DNA of 64,000 bases from an uncultured Lachnospiraceae bacterium (GTDB taxonomy: Bacteria > Bacillota > Clostridia > Christensenellales > UBA1242). The number at the start of each line of letters is the position of its first letter. Position 1 is the first letter of the stretch. This document shows positions 18,869 through 26,793 of this stretch, piece by piece. The translations under genes were made by a program, and so were the position numbers. The notes under the pieces were generated by a model that made no database searches, was not told where the DNA came from, and saw only the letters and a list, made by a program, of their open reading frames with translations. The stretch lies in NCBI GenBank assembly GCA_964606505.1, contig CAZSGM010000007.1, positions 10,993-74,992 of the forward strand, written 5' to 3'.

Positions 18869-19480
18869 TTAGGCGTCTTCTTCTGTTTTTGTTTGTTCGC
18901 TTGGATTTTGACGTGAGTTAAGTTGTTCGTCTTGAGATTGGGAAGTTTTCTTTGGTTTTTTGTTAATTTTTTCGGTAAAAAATATGTAAACATAGTATAA
19001 CCCAGAAATAATTGCCGTACCAATACCTGCATAAATGAAAATAACATTTGCAGCGCCTACCGATTTAGCGAAGAAGCTCAAAACGACGCCGAGACTAATG
19101 AGGCACGTCCCCAATTTGCCTAAAAAGTTGCTAGGAATTGTAATGTGCTTTTTGTAAATGCAGAAGCCGCTAATTATCATTGCAAGGTCGCAAGTAATCA
19201 TAACAATTGTAATCCAATATGGAATAAGTTCAGCAATAGACAGGCAAATGAGCGCTGCCGCTTTCATCAACTTATCCGCAAACGGGTCAAGTATTTTTCC
19301 AAGTTCTGTAATCGCATTGTAGTGGCGCGCAATATAACCATCAAGAATATCGGTTATCGACGCCAAAACAAAAATCCCGAGTGCAACATATTGATTGAGC
19401 CAAAAGAAACAACAGACGAATACAGGAACAAGTATAAGTCGAAATAAACTCAAAAGGTTTGGTACTATATTTATTTTCAT
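18869..19480 (-). CDS. pgsA: CDP-diacylglycerol--glycerol-3-phosphate 3-phosphatidyltransferase
   Basis: CDP-alcohol phosphatidyltransferase motif DILDGYIARHYN..T.LGKILDPFADK. The ATG at 19480 has a GAGGAAA SD. A hydrophilic C-terminal tail is present. Confidence 0.8.
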   Translation of the reverse strand: MKINIVPNLLSLFRLILVPVFVCCFFWLNQYVALGIFVLASITDILDGYIARHYNAITELGKILDPFADKLMKAAALICLSIAELIPYWITIVMITCDLAMIISGFCIYKKHITIPSNFLGKLGTCLISLGVVLSFFAKSVGAANVIFIYAGIGTAIISGLYYVYIFFTEKINKKPKKTSQSQDEQLNSRQNPSEQTKTEEDA

Positions 19481-19702
19481 TATTTCCTCGTTAGTTACTT
19501 GCATAGTATATCACAAATTTAAAAAAAATCAAACATTTTTACTAGAATAACAGCAATTTGCTAATTTTGTTTTGCACATTATACATCGTGTAGTGTGAGA
19601 ATTTAAATGGTGACAGCGCAATTACAGCAGAGTTTCACAAATTTAAGAAAAAGAGAATATAATTAAGTGTGATACTTTAAGTATACAAACTTGGGAGGAA
19701 AT

Positions 19703-20692
19703 ATGAAATACATTAATATATTAATGGCTGTTGCGCTGTCTGTCGTTTTAGCGTTTAGCGGATGCGGCGGCAGCAGCAACAAAATTAAATTAAATGAAGT
19801 AACACACAGTATTTTCTACGCGCCACTTTATATTGCCATAAACAACGGCTATTTTGAAGATGAGGGTCTAGAAGTTGAACTAACAAATGGGGGCGGGTCG
19901 GACAAATCAATGACCGCGCTGATTTCGGGGCAGGCAGACATTGCGTTGCTGGGACCAGAAACAGCGGTTTATGTTGCGGCTCAAAACTCAAAAGACCAAC
20001 CTATCATTTTCGGGCAGTTGACTAAGCGTGACGGAACAATTTTAGTTGGGCGCACGGAGGAAACAAATTTTGAGTGGTCAAATGTTGTTGGCAAGGAAAT
20101 TTTGGGTGGCCGTCGTGGCGGAATGCCTGCGATGACACTTGAATACGTGTTAAAACAACAGAACGTCCGCGATAAAATGACGCTCAACCTTGACATTGCG
20201 TTTGATATGATGGTAAGCGCGTTTGAAAACGGGCAGGGCGACTATTGCACAATGTTTGAGCCAACTGCAAGCGACTATATTGCCGCAGGAAAGGGGTACA
20301 AAGTTGCATCAATTGGGCAGGAGAGTGGCGAAGTTCCATACACTGCGTTTATGGCAACATCGAACTTCTTAAGCAAGAACCCTGATAAGGCAGAAAAGTT
20401 TTTAACTGCGGTTATGAAAGGTTACAACTTCCTTATGACGCAAGATGTAGAAAAAGTTGTCGACTCGCTGATGCCATCCTTTACGGGTAGCACGCGTGCT
20501 TCAATTAAAAACGCTATTATCAGTTACAAAGAAATTGACGCTTGGGTTGACAATCCTGCAATGAAAGAGTCGGCATACAACAACCTTTGCGACGTTATTA
20601 GAACTGCGAACGAGTTGAAAACAAATGTTGCGTTTAGCAAAGTTGTCGACAACACCATCGCAAACAAGGTTATGAAACAACTTAGCGCGTAA
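19703..20692 (+). CDS. ABC transporter substrate-binding lipoprotein, NMT1/THI5-like (NitT/TauT family)
   Basis: Lipobox LAFSGCGG, GGGAGG SD, and a body resembling the aliphatic sulfonate/HMP-type binding protein family. Confidence 0.65.
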   Translation: MKYINILMAVALSVVLAFSGCGGSSNKIKLNEVTHSIFYAPLYIAINNGYFEDEGLEVELTNGGGSDKSMTALISGQADIALLGPETAVYVAAQNSKDQPIIFGQLTKRDGTILVGRTEETNFEWSNVVGKEILGGRRGGMPAMTLEYVLKQQNVRDKMTLNLDIAFDMMVSAFENGQGDYCTMFEPTASDYIAAGKGYKVASIGQESGEVPYTAFMATSNFLSKNPDKAEKFLTAVMKGYNFLMTQDVEKVVDSLMPSFTGSTRASIKNAIISYKEIDAWVDNPAMKESAYNNLCDVIRTANELKTNVAFSKVVDNTIANKVMKQLSA

Positions 20693-20810
20693 CTACTAAA
20701 GTTGAAAGCGCTTAGAAACAGTAATTTCAATTTAGTTATACGTATTGACAAATTATTTGACGCGCAATTCAATGCAAAATCACACATAAAATTATCGGTT
20801 AATTATAAGG

Positions 20811-20839
20811 TTGCATAAGAAATGTTGGGGAGATATAAT
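20811..20839 (+). promoter_or_regulatory. Sigma-A-like promoter inside a convergent intergenic region
   Basis: TTGCAT (20811-20816), 17-nt spacer, TATAAT (20834-20839). No CDS lies downstream before the terminator at about 21030. Confidence 0.4.
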
Positions 20840-20975
20840 TATATAAGCAGTATATAACCAATTGCTTATACTCTAAAACTAAGTAATTTCAATTAAATTG
20901 CTTAGTTTCTCGCTTTAAATATTTGATATTTTGACAATTTTTTCGACTTCAACGCTTTTCATTGTGCAAATTTAA

Positions 20976-21031
20976 AACACGAGTAGCAGCAGGGTAGCCC
21001 GCTTGGGAACCTTGCACATACTCGTGTTTTT
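20976..21031. terminator. Bidirectional intrinsic terminator
   Basis: 10-bp outer stem AACACGAGTA / TACTCGTGTT enclosing a GC-rich inner segment, followed by TTTTT; the minus strand also has a T-run. Confidence 0.65.
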
Positions 21032-21071
21032 GTAATATTTAAGTAATATTCAATCTTAACTAAAAGTGGTA

Positions 21072-21449
21072 CTAATTTGATTTCTTGTTGGATGGCAAAA
21101 TAACTGTAATAGGTGGCTTTCTTTTACTAGGGAGTTGCGAAATATCAACGCCGCTGTTTATCAAAATCGCTTCGTCAATCGCTTTGGCTAGTTCCATAGC
21201 ACAGGAAGTGTTGTTTTTGCAAACTCCGATCTCGTACAATTCTTTTGTAACATCTTTTGCATATTTTCCGCTCACAATGTGGTTAAGAATTTGGATAATT
21301 CCTTTGCAACCATCGCCGAGCGTCTTAAAATCGCGGCAAACAAGTTCGCCGTCTTTATCTACGTCAAAATTAATAACAAATTGATTAAAACAAATTCCTT
21401 GCGGTTTGTAGTAGGTTTGTGGTTTGAATTTCTTTTCGTTTTTATTCAT
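21072..21449 (-). CDS. TSCPD-domain-like protein (TIGR03905-like) with C-terminal extension
   Basis: The pattern YKPQGICF...F.TLGDGCKG....L......V......GV C..NTSCAMELAKAI parallels the Y.PKGVCS..GGCNGN...TSCPDQLAKAL signature. Confidence 0.55.
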   Translation of the reverse strand: MNKNEKKFKPQTYYKPQGICFNQFVINFDVDKDGELVCRDFKTLGDGCKGIIQILNHIVSGKYAKDVTKELYEIGVCKNNTSCAMELAKAIDEAILINSGVDISQLPSKRKPPITVILPSNKKSN

Positions 21450-21458
21450 AAGTTTCTC

Positions 21459-22004
21459 CTAGTCAAGTAAATCTTCGATTATTTTTTCATATATGACAGG
21501 TGCTTTTTCTTCCCATTTTTTGCAAGCACTAATTGCGCTTCTTCGTGAATCCACCTTGAGTTGTATTTTCAAAAGCGGCTGGAAGCCCTTAGGACTATTA
21601 ATGCGCAATACAATGGTGTGAAAACCTTCATTATTCTTATGATAGACTGAAACATATTCTTGAGCGCGTTTAAAGTTTATCCTATTTTGCTTACAAAAGG
21701 TGGCAATGTTTTCTCTAATTGATTGAGGGATTTTAGCAAAAAAGTGAGACAAACAATCTCGCCCCTCAGCCGTAATTGAATATAAACCATCGTCTTTGCT
21801 GTTAGGATTTTGCTCATAATAAACGAACTTAGCTTTAACAAGTTGCCACAAAATATCTTTGCAGTCCATATATGACAACCAAGAGTTCTTGCTAGTCGTG
21901 ATATCCATAATGGAGTTCTCCGTTAAAGGGATTTCCATTTTGTCAAGAACAAATAGCAATATTAATTTATTTTCAGTTTCATCAGGCACAAATTGTGTAC
22001 TCAA
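21459..22004 (-). CDS. DUF4364-like putative transcriptional regulator
   Basis: N-terminal ENKLILLFVLDKMEIPLTENSI.. pattern. I prefer the TTG start at 22004, 7 nt after GGAGG; the ATG at 22025 lacks an SD. Confidence 0.5.
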   Translation of the reverse strand: MSTQFVPDETENKLILLFVLDKMEIPLTENSIMDITTSKNSWLSYMDCKDILWQLVKAKFVYYEQNPNSKDDGLYSITAEGRDCLSHFFAKIPQSIRENIATFCKQNRINFKRAQEYVSVYHKNNEGFHTIVLRINSPKGFQPLLKIQLKVDSRRSAISACKKWEEKAPVIYEKIIEDLLD

Positions 22005-22091
22005 AATTTTACCTCCTAAAAACATTAAGCATATTTTATCACAAATTTTTCAATTTGCCAACTATTTTAAATACAAAGATGTTAAAAATAT

Positions 22092-22120
22092 TTGTATTCT
22101 TTTTTGAAATATGTTATACT
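22092..22120 (+). promoter_or_regulatory. Sigma-A-like promoter overlapped by an 8-bp inverted repeat
   Basis: TTGTAT (22092-22097), 17-nt spacer, TATACT (22115-22120). The palindrome is AATACAAA (22070-22077) / TTTGTATT (22091-22098). Confidence 0.45.
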
Positions 22121-22139
22121 GACAAAGTTGGAGTAATTT

Positions 22140-22904
22140 ATGGAAACAAATGAAAACGTTAATGGTTATGAAAGACCATTTGTTAAAGAATGTAATAATT
22201 TTATTGATGCAAAATACATCGTTGTGGGGAACAATATCAATGTCCTGTTTGATGAAATCAACAACGATGAGTCATTGTTGAATATAGTAAACTATTGTCT
22301 TGAAGATTTTGACTTCTCGGCAAAACTTGGGGTTGCGCTGTCGCTACATCAGGCAAAACAAAAAGACTTTATTATGCCAAAAGAAAACGAAGAAATCGTT
22401 GCGCTGTGCTACGGAATACTGCAACGTATTGTTGATGGCGAGATTGATTTTGAGTCGTTTATAAGTAAATACTTTTTGTTTAATGGCACTTTTAATGATA
22501 CTTATGTTAACTTTGGTCATTACTTTGTAAAGCCGTTTAAAAACGCAATACTGAATTTGGAGAACAAAGATAAGTATAGCAAAAAGTATACCTGTAAAGA
22601 GGAGAAGAAAGTTGAGAAAGAAGAGCAGGAACAAGAAGAGGAAGTAGTTGAGGAGAACGAAACAATTGACAAACTGTTTGATATTGTTCAAGACATTGAA
22701 GACGTTATCTTGAGCGATATTAAAATCAGGGACTTTAAGCAAGAGGAGTTGGAGTTCTACCTCAAAGCGTTTAAGGAAGCGCTTAAAATAAACAACAAAC
22801 TCATTATTCTTGCGCTTGCCGATGCGATTGTTTTGTCGTCGAGCAAAATTAAGTCGTTAAAATACGAAACGCAAAGATTAAAATCTGCTTGCAATGAGTT
22901 GTGA
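22140..22904 (+). CDS. Hypothetical protein with acidic low-complexity segment
   Basis: 254-aa ORF containing an EEKKVEKEEQEQEEEVVEE stretch. I recognised no family. Confidence 0.5.
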   Translation: METNENVNGYERPFVKECNNFIDAKYIVVGNNINVLFDEINNDESLLNIVNYCLEDFDFSAKLGVALSLHQAKQKDFIMPKENEEIVALCYGILQRIVDGEIDFESFISKYFLFNGTFNDTYVNFGHYFVKPFKNAILNLENKDKYSKKYTCKEEKKVEKEEQEQEEEVVEENETIDKLFDIVQDIEDVILSDIKIRDFKQEELEFYLKAFKEALKINNKLIILALADAIVLSSSKIKSLKYETQRLKSACNEL

Positions 22905-22988
22905 GCCTATAATGGCGAGCACAGTGAGCACTAAATGTTTTGTGCAAGGGCAGCAGTCGTTTTGCATAAATTATAGAATTATTTAAAA

Positions 22989-23990
22989 TCAATAAAGAAT
23001 AAATCCTAAAATGTATGAGATAATGCACGCAATTGTTGCGTGTGTTATTTTTTGTTTGAGGAAGAACCCAATCTTAATTTCGCACTTTTGCAAGAATGTC
23101 ATCGCCTGCAGAAGAGTCGATAAGCCGCCAAAACTTATTATGAATGTGCAAACGCTTGTAGCCACGTGGTAATCGGTGAACAGCGTTGACAATTCGTAAC
23201 ACCCCCGCGTCATTTCAACAAAACCTACAACGAGCGAACTTGAAAAATTAACGTCAACATTAAATAGCGCAAAAAATTGAGTTATTAAGCCACTTAACAG
23301 TGCAATAAGTCCAACATCATATAAAATATCAATCAAAATGAAAAAAACTGCAATGTAGCCGCCAACAATTAGTATTGAATTAATTGAACTTACCATTGTT
23401 TTTTCCAGTATGTTATCGGGGCAACTTTCAATTTTAAACCTGCTTGTTGTTTGAGACGCCTGCGGGTTGTATTTGTAGTTTCGATACAGTAGCCCATTCA
23501 AAATTGACCCCAGAAAGTGCGCTGTGAGAATAATAAAACCCATTTTTACACTCACAAACATCCCCGCGCCAACTGTTCCGATAATGAAAAGGGGCCCTGA
23601 GGTGGAAGTAAATGTTACCAGCCGACTCGCTTCTTCTTTTGTGATTAGTTGTTTTTCGTATAACTCGCTCGTTAGTTTAGCGCCAACAGGATAGCCGCTC
23701 ATCATACTCATCAAAAACACGTACGCGCCCATACCGTTGACGTGAAAAACCTTTTGCATAAAGTTTTGTAAGTAGTTTGCAAGTATTTTAACTCCGCCAA
23801 GTTCCGTCAGCAGTTTTGTTATGAAAAAAAATGGGAATAGGGCAGGCAACACCGCCTTTGCCCAAATTAATATGCCGTTGTATGCCGAATTTATGTACCT
23901 ACTTGGGTTGATTATTAAAAATAGTATCAATATCAGTAACGCAACCGTCAAAATGATGGTTGTTCTAGAATTTTTTGTCTTTGAATTCAT
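22989..23990 (-). CDS. ylbJ: Sporulation integral membrane protein YlbJ (nucleoside-recognition domain family)
   Basis: N-terminal pattern INPSRYINSAYNGILIWAKAVLPALFPFFFITKLL and polytopic topology. ATG at 23990. Confidence 0.6.
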   Translation of the reverse strand: MNSKTKNSRTTIILTVALLILILFLIINPSRYINSAYNGILIWAKAVLPALFPFFFITKLLTELGGVKILANYLQNFMQKVFHVNGMGAYVFLMSMMSGYPVGAKLTSELYEKQLITKEEASRLVTFTSTSGPLFIIGTVGAGMFVSVKMGFIILTAHFLGSILNGLLYRNYKYNPQASQTTSRFKIESCPDNILEKTMVSSINSILIVGGYIAVFFILIDILYDVGLIALLSGLITQFFALFNVDVNFSSSLVVGFVEMTRGCYELSTLFTDYHVATSVCTFIISFGGLSTLLQAMTFLQKCEIKIGFFLKQKITHATIACIISYILGFILY

Positions 23991-24088
23991 ATTTAATTTT
24001 ATGAATTTAAGGCAATTGTTATGCCGAATGCAAGCTGATTTCAAATGGCAAAATAGTATAATAATAAAAATTTTACATAATATAAAGT

Positions 24089-24652
24089 ATGAACAAAATA
24101 AAATTGGCGTCTATGGCGATTTGCGCGCTCGTTGCGCTTGTTTCAGTACTAACAACATATGCCTATGTCAAGGTTTTGTATCCACTTGAGTATAAACGCG
24201 AAATTGAAACAGCAGGTTACATCAACCACATAGACCCAGCGCTGATTGCAAGCGTTATCAACGAAGAAAGCAGTTTTAATAACTTAAGTGAGTCGCGTTC
24301 TGGCGCGGTCGGGTTAATGCAACTAATGCCCAAAACCGCGGAGTGGCTTGCAGAAAGGAGGGGCGTTGAGTACTCGCGCGAAAAATTATTTGAGCCGCTC
24401 TATAACATCAATATGGGGACGTACTACTTGCGTTATTTACTTGATAAATTTGGCGATGAGTTTACCGCTTTGTGCGCCTATAATGCAGGAGAGGGGCAGG
24501 TTAAAGTGTGGCTCAGCGACAGTTTGTATGCCCTAGATGACAGCGCTTTAACTGCAACGCCATTTAAGGAAACAAACGCCTACGCAAGCAAGGTTATTAA
24601 AAATAAATATAGGTACGCAACGCGCTTTGAAAGCAGTTTCAAAAAACACTAA
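24089..24652 (+). CDS. Lytic transglycosylase (SLT domain) with N-terminal anchor
   Basis: INEESSFN...SGAVGLMQLMPKTAEW catalytic Glu motif and AYNAG motif. Confidence 0.8.
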   Translation: MNKIKLASMAICALVALVSVLTTYAYVKVLYPLEYKREIETAGYINHIDPALIASVINEESSFNNLSESRSGAVGLMQLMPKTAEWLAERRGVEYSREKLFEPLYNINMGTYYLRYLLDKFGDEFTALCAYNAGEGQVKVWLSDSLYALDDSALTATPFKETNAYASKVIKNKYRYATRFESSFKKH

Positions 24653-24948
24653 ATGCGTGGGTACGAGTCAATGTTTTTTATTCCGTTAGTAGAGGAGGGG
24701 TGAGGTTGAGAGCGGAAACTTTGCGGTTGAGGGGTAGGCGCGCTTAACACACTTGCTTGAGTGTTATTCTTTGCGGAAACGCCTTGCAGTAGGTTTGAAA
24801 TTGTTTGTATCCCGCCTAAAGACTCAATCCAATTGATAACACCTTGAATTTGCGGTAAATAGGGCTCAATTGAGGTTCCTTTTAAGTAATTGCCCGCTAG
24901 TGGCAAAAAGTTTTTTATGACTTGATAAAGGTTTTCAACATTATTCAT
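24649..24948 (-). CDS. Hypothetical protein (Pro/Gln/Ser-rich C-terminus)
   Basis: 99-aa ORF. Its stop overlaps the SLT gene stop by 4 nt in convergent orientation. Confidence 0.45.
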   Translation of the reverse strand: MNNVENLYQVIKNFLPLAGNYLKGTSIEPYLPQIQGVINWIESLGGIQTISNLLQGVSAKNNTQASVLSAPTPQPQSFRSQPHPSSTNGIKNIDSYPRI

Positions 24949-25026
24949 TTAATTCCTCGGCAACTATTGTCAAAATATTTTATGATTGCATAATATATAA
25001 TGTTCAATCAACAAAAAGGAGTTAAT

Positions 25027-25344
25027 ATGGATATTAAAGATTTTCAAGATACAAACATAAACGATTTTGTCAACAACGCAGGCAGTTTCCCCGAAATGGA
25101 AAGAGAAGCAATGGAAACACTTAAGGAACAATACGGCTCGCAAGTCGAGGATTTAATCGGTAGATTTCAAAATATGAGCGAGCCAGAACTAATAACTGAA
25201 CTGTTTAAATTAATAAATGAAAAGAAACAAAACGGGACGTTCAATCCGCAAGAAATAGACAATATCGCAAATATTATCGCGCCACTATTAAATGATGAGC
25301 AGCGCGAAAAGATGAGAAATCTGTTATTTTTAATTAATCAATAA
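25027..25344 (+). CDS. Hypothetical small acidic protein
   Basis: AAAGGAG SD before the ATG at 25027; 105 aa. Confidence 0.5.
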   Translation: MDIKDFQDTNINDFVNNAGSFPEMEREAMETLKEQYGSQVEDLIGRFQNMSEPELITELFKLINEKKQNGTFNPQEIDNIANIIAPLLNDEQREKMRNLLFLINQ

Positions 25345-25391
25345 TACTAAATATGGTGTATTACATTTTTATAATACACCATATTTAGTAT
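25344..25391. repeat. Palindromic element copy A (perfect 20-bp stem, 8-nt loop)
   Basis: ATACTAAATATGGTGTATTA - CATTTTTA - TAATACACCATATTTAGTAT. It starts on the last base of the stop codon and ends at the next gene's SD. Confidence 0.9.
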
Positions 25392-25401
25392 AAGGAGCGA
25401 T

Positions 25402-26667
25402 ATGCAAAAATTGGATGACAAACTATTTCGTATGGTAAAAACCTTACAAGGCGAACCGCTTTGCACGCAAATAATAGTGTTTGTTAAGGAGTTTGAAAAA
25501 ACACTTTCCGCGCTTAAAGAAAAAAACTACAGGATAAAGGCGGAGTTCCCATTTATCAATGCAATTTGCATTGAAATTAGTTTAGACGGCCTTGTAGGAT
25601 TGACAAGGCTCAACAACGTGATATATGTTGCCGCGCAAACCAATGTTTCGGCGCAAAGTGCAATTGCAAAGGCAATAACTAACGTAAACGAGTTTTATAA
25701 GGAAAACATTTTTGGCAAGGGTGTAACCGTTGCGGTTATTGATACAGGAATTCGCCCGCACCTAGATTTTTTGTACCCCCAAAGCAGAATTGTGAAGTTT
25801 GTTGACCTCATTAATAAAGAGGGGCGCAACGAGCCTGCAGTTGCAAACAAAGTGGCTTTGAGTTGCGTAAGTTGCGCTGGTACGCCCTCCAAGCGGCGCG
25901 CTGTCTCTGTTCGTGGGCAAAACATTGTTGATGTTTTAGCGCCTTACGACGATAATGGGCACGGAACCTTTGTAGCGGGGCTTGTTGGCGGAAACGGCAC
26001 AATGAGCGGTCATAAATATAGTGGTTTTGCGCCCCTTTGCAACTTAATAGCAATAAAGGCGCTCGATAAAACGGGGCAATCAACGTCAGTTGAAATGCTT
26101 GAGTCAATGCAGTGGGTGTACGATAACAAAGAAAAATATAATATTGGAGTCGTGTGTATGAGTTTTGGTGCAATCCCAACCTCAAAAAGCGATCCCCTTA
26201 TGAAAGGTGCGGAGCAACTTTGGGATAGTGGCATCGTAGTTGTTGCGGCAGGGGGGAACAGCGGACCCGACAAACAAACAATCAAATCCCCAGGGGCGAG
26301 CAGAAAAATTATAACCGTCGGCTCGCTAGACGACGCTCGCGATGAGCACGAAAACTTTTACAAGGACAAATTCAAAATCGCGGATTTTTCGTCAAGAGGT
26401 CCCGCGTTTGAGTTCTATAAGCCTGATTTGGTCGTTTCGGGCGTCAACCTCGTGTCGTGCGGACTGACAAGCGACTATTCGCAAATGAGCGGAACAAGCG
26501 TTAGCGCCCCCATTGTTGCGGGAATTTGCGCGTTAATTTTGGAAAAATATAAGCAGCAAATCTCTCCCAACCAAATCAAAAATATGTTGCGCAACTATTG
26601 TATACCTATCGCTAAAGACCGTAACGCTGAGGGTTTTGGGTATCTTGATTTTTTAAAAAACGGCTAA
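25402..26667 (+). CDS. S8 family (subtilisin-like) serine peptidase, no obvious signal peptide
   Basis: Catalytic triad motifs VAVIDTGI (Asp), HGTFVAG (His) and SGTSVSAPIVAG (Ser). Confidence 0.8.
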   Translation: MQKLDDKLFRMVKTLQGEPLCTQIIVFVKEFEKTLSALKEKNYRIKAEFPFINAICIEISLDGLVGLTRLNNVIYVAAQTNVSAQSAIAKAITNVNEFYKENIFGKGVTVAVIDTGIRPHLDFLYPQSRIVKFVDLINKEGRNEPAVANKVALSCVSCAGTPSKRRAVSVRGQNIVDVLAPYDDNGHGTFVAGLVGGNGTMSGHKYSGFAPLCNLIAIKALDKTGQSTSVEMLESMQWVYDNKEKYNIGVVCMSFGAIPTSKSDPLMKGAEQLWDSGIVVVAAGGNSGPDKQTIKSPGASRKIITVGSLDDARDEHENFYKDKFKIADFSSRGPAFEFYKPDLVVSGVNLVSCGLTSDYSQMSGTSVSAPIVAGICALILEKYKQQISPNQIKNMLRNYCIPIAKDRNAEGFGYLDFLKNG

Positions 26668-26700
26668 GCGTCGCTGTGTTAATGCTTAAAGCCGTTTTTT
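26656..26700. terminator. Intrinsic terminator overlapping the end of the S8 peptidase gene
   Basis: Stem AAAAACGGCT / AGCCGTTTTT with a long loop and a T-run. Confidence 0.55.
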
Positions 26701-26793
26701 GTTAGTAACTATTTAGTTGAATACAAAAGTTTTTATAATTTATGTGGCAACACAAATATTGTTGCATTAGAAATGTTGGGTGTAGTTTGCAGG

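Noticed and set aside
19505-19702. Possible TPP riboswitch upstream of the NMT1/THI5-like binding protein gene.
   Set aside because: I could not find the conserved CUGAGA and ACCUGAUCUGGAUAAUGCCAGCG-like elements on either strand. Only weak AT-rich inverted repeats are present.
26745-26766. Sigma-54-like promoter (TGGCA ... TTGCA).
   Set aside because: The GG-to-GC offset is about 18 nt instead of the required 12, and no gene lies downstream in that orientation.
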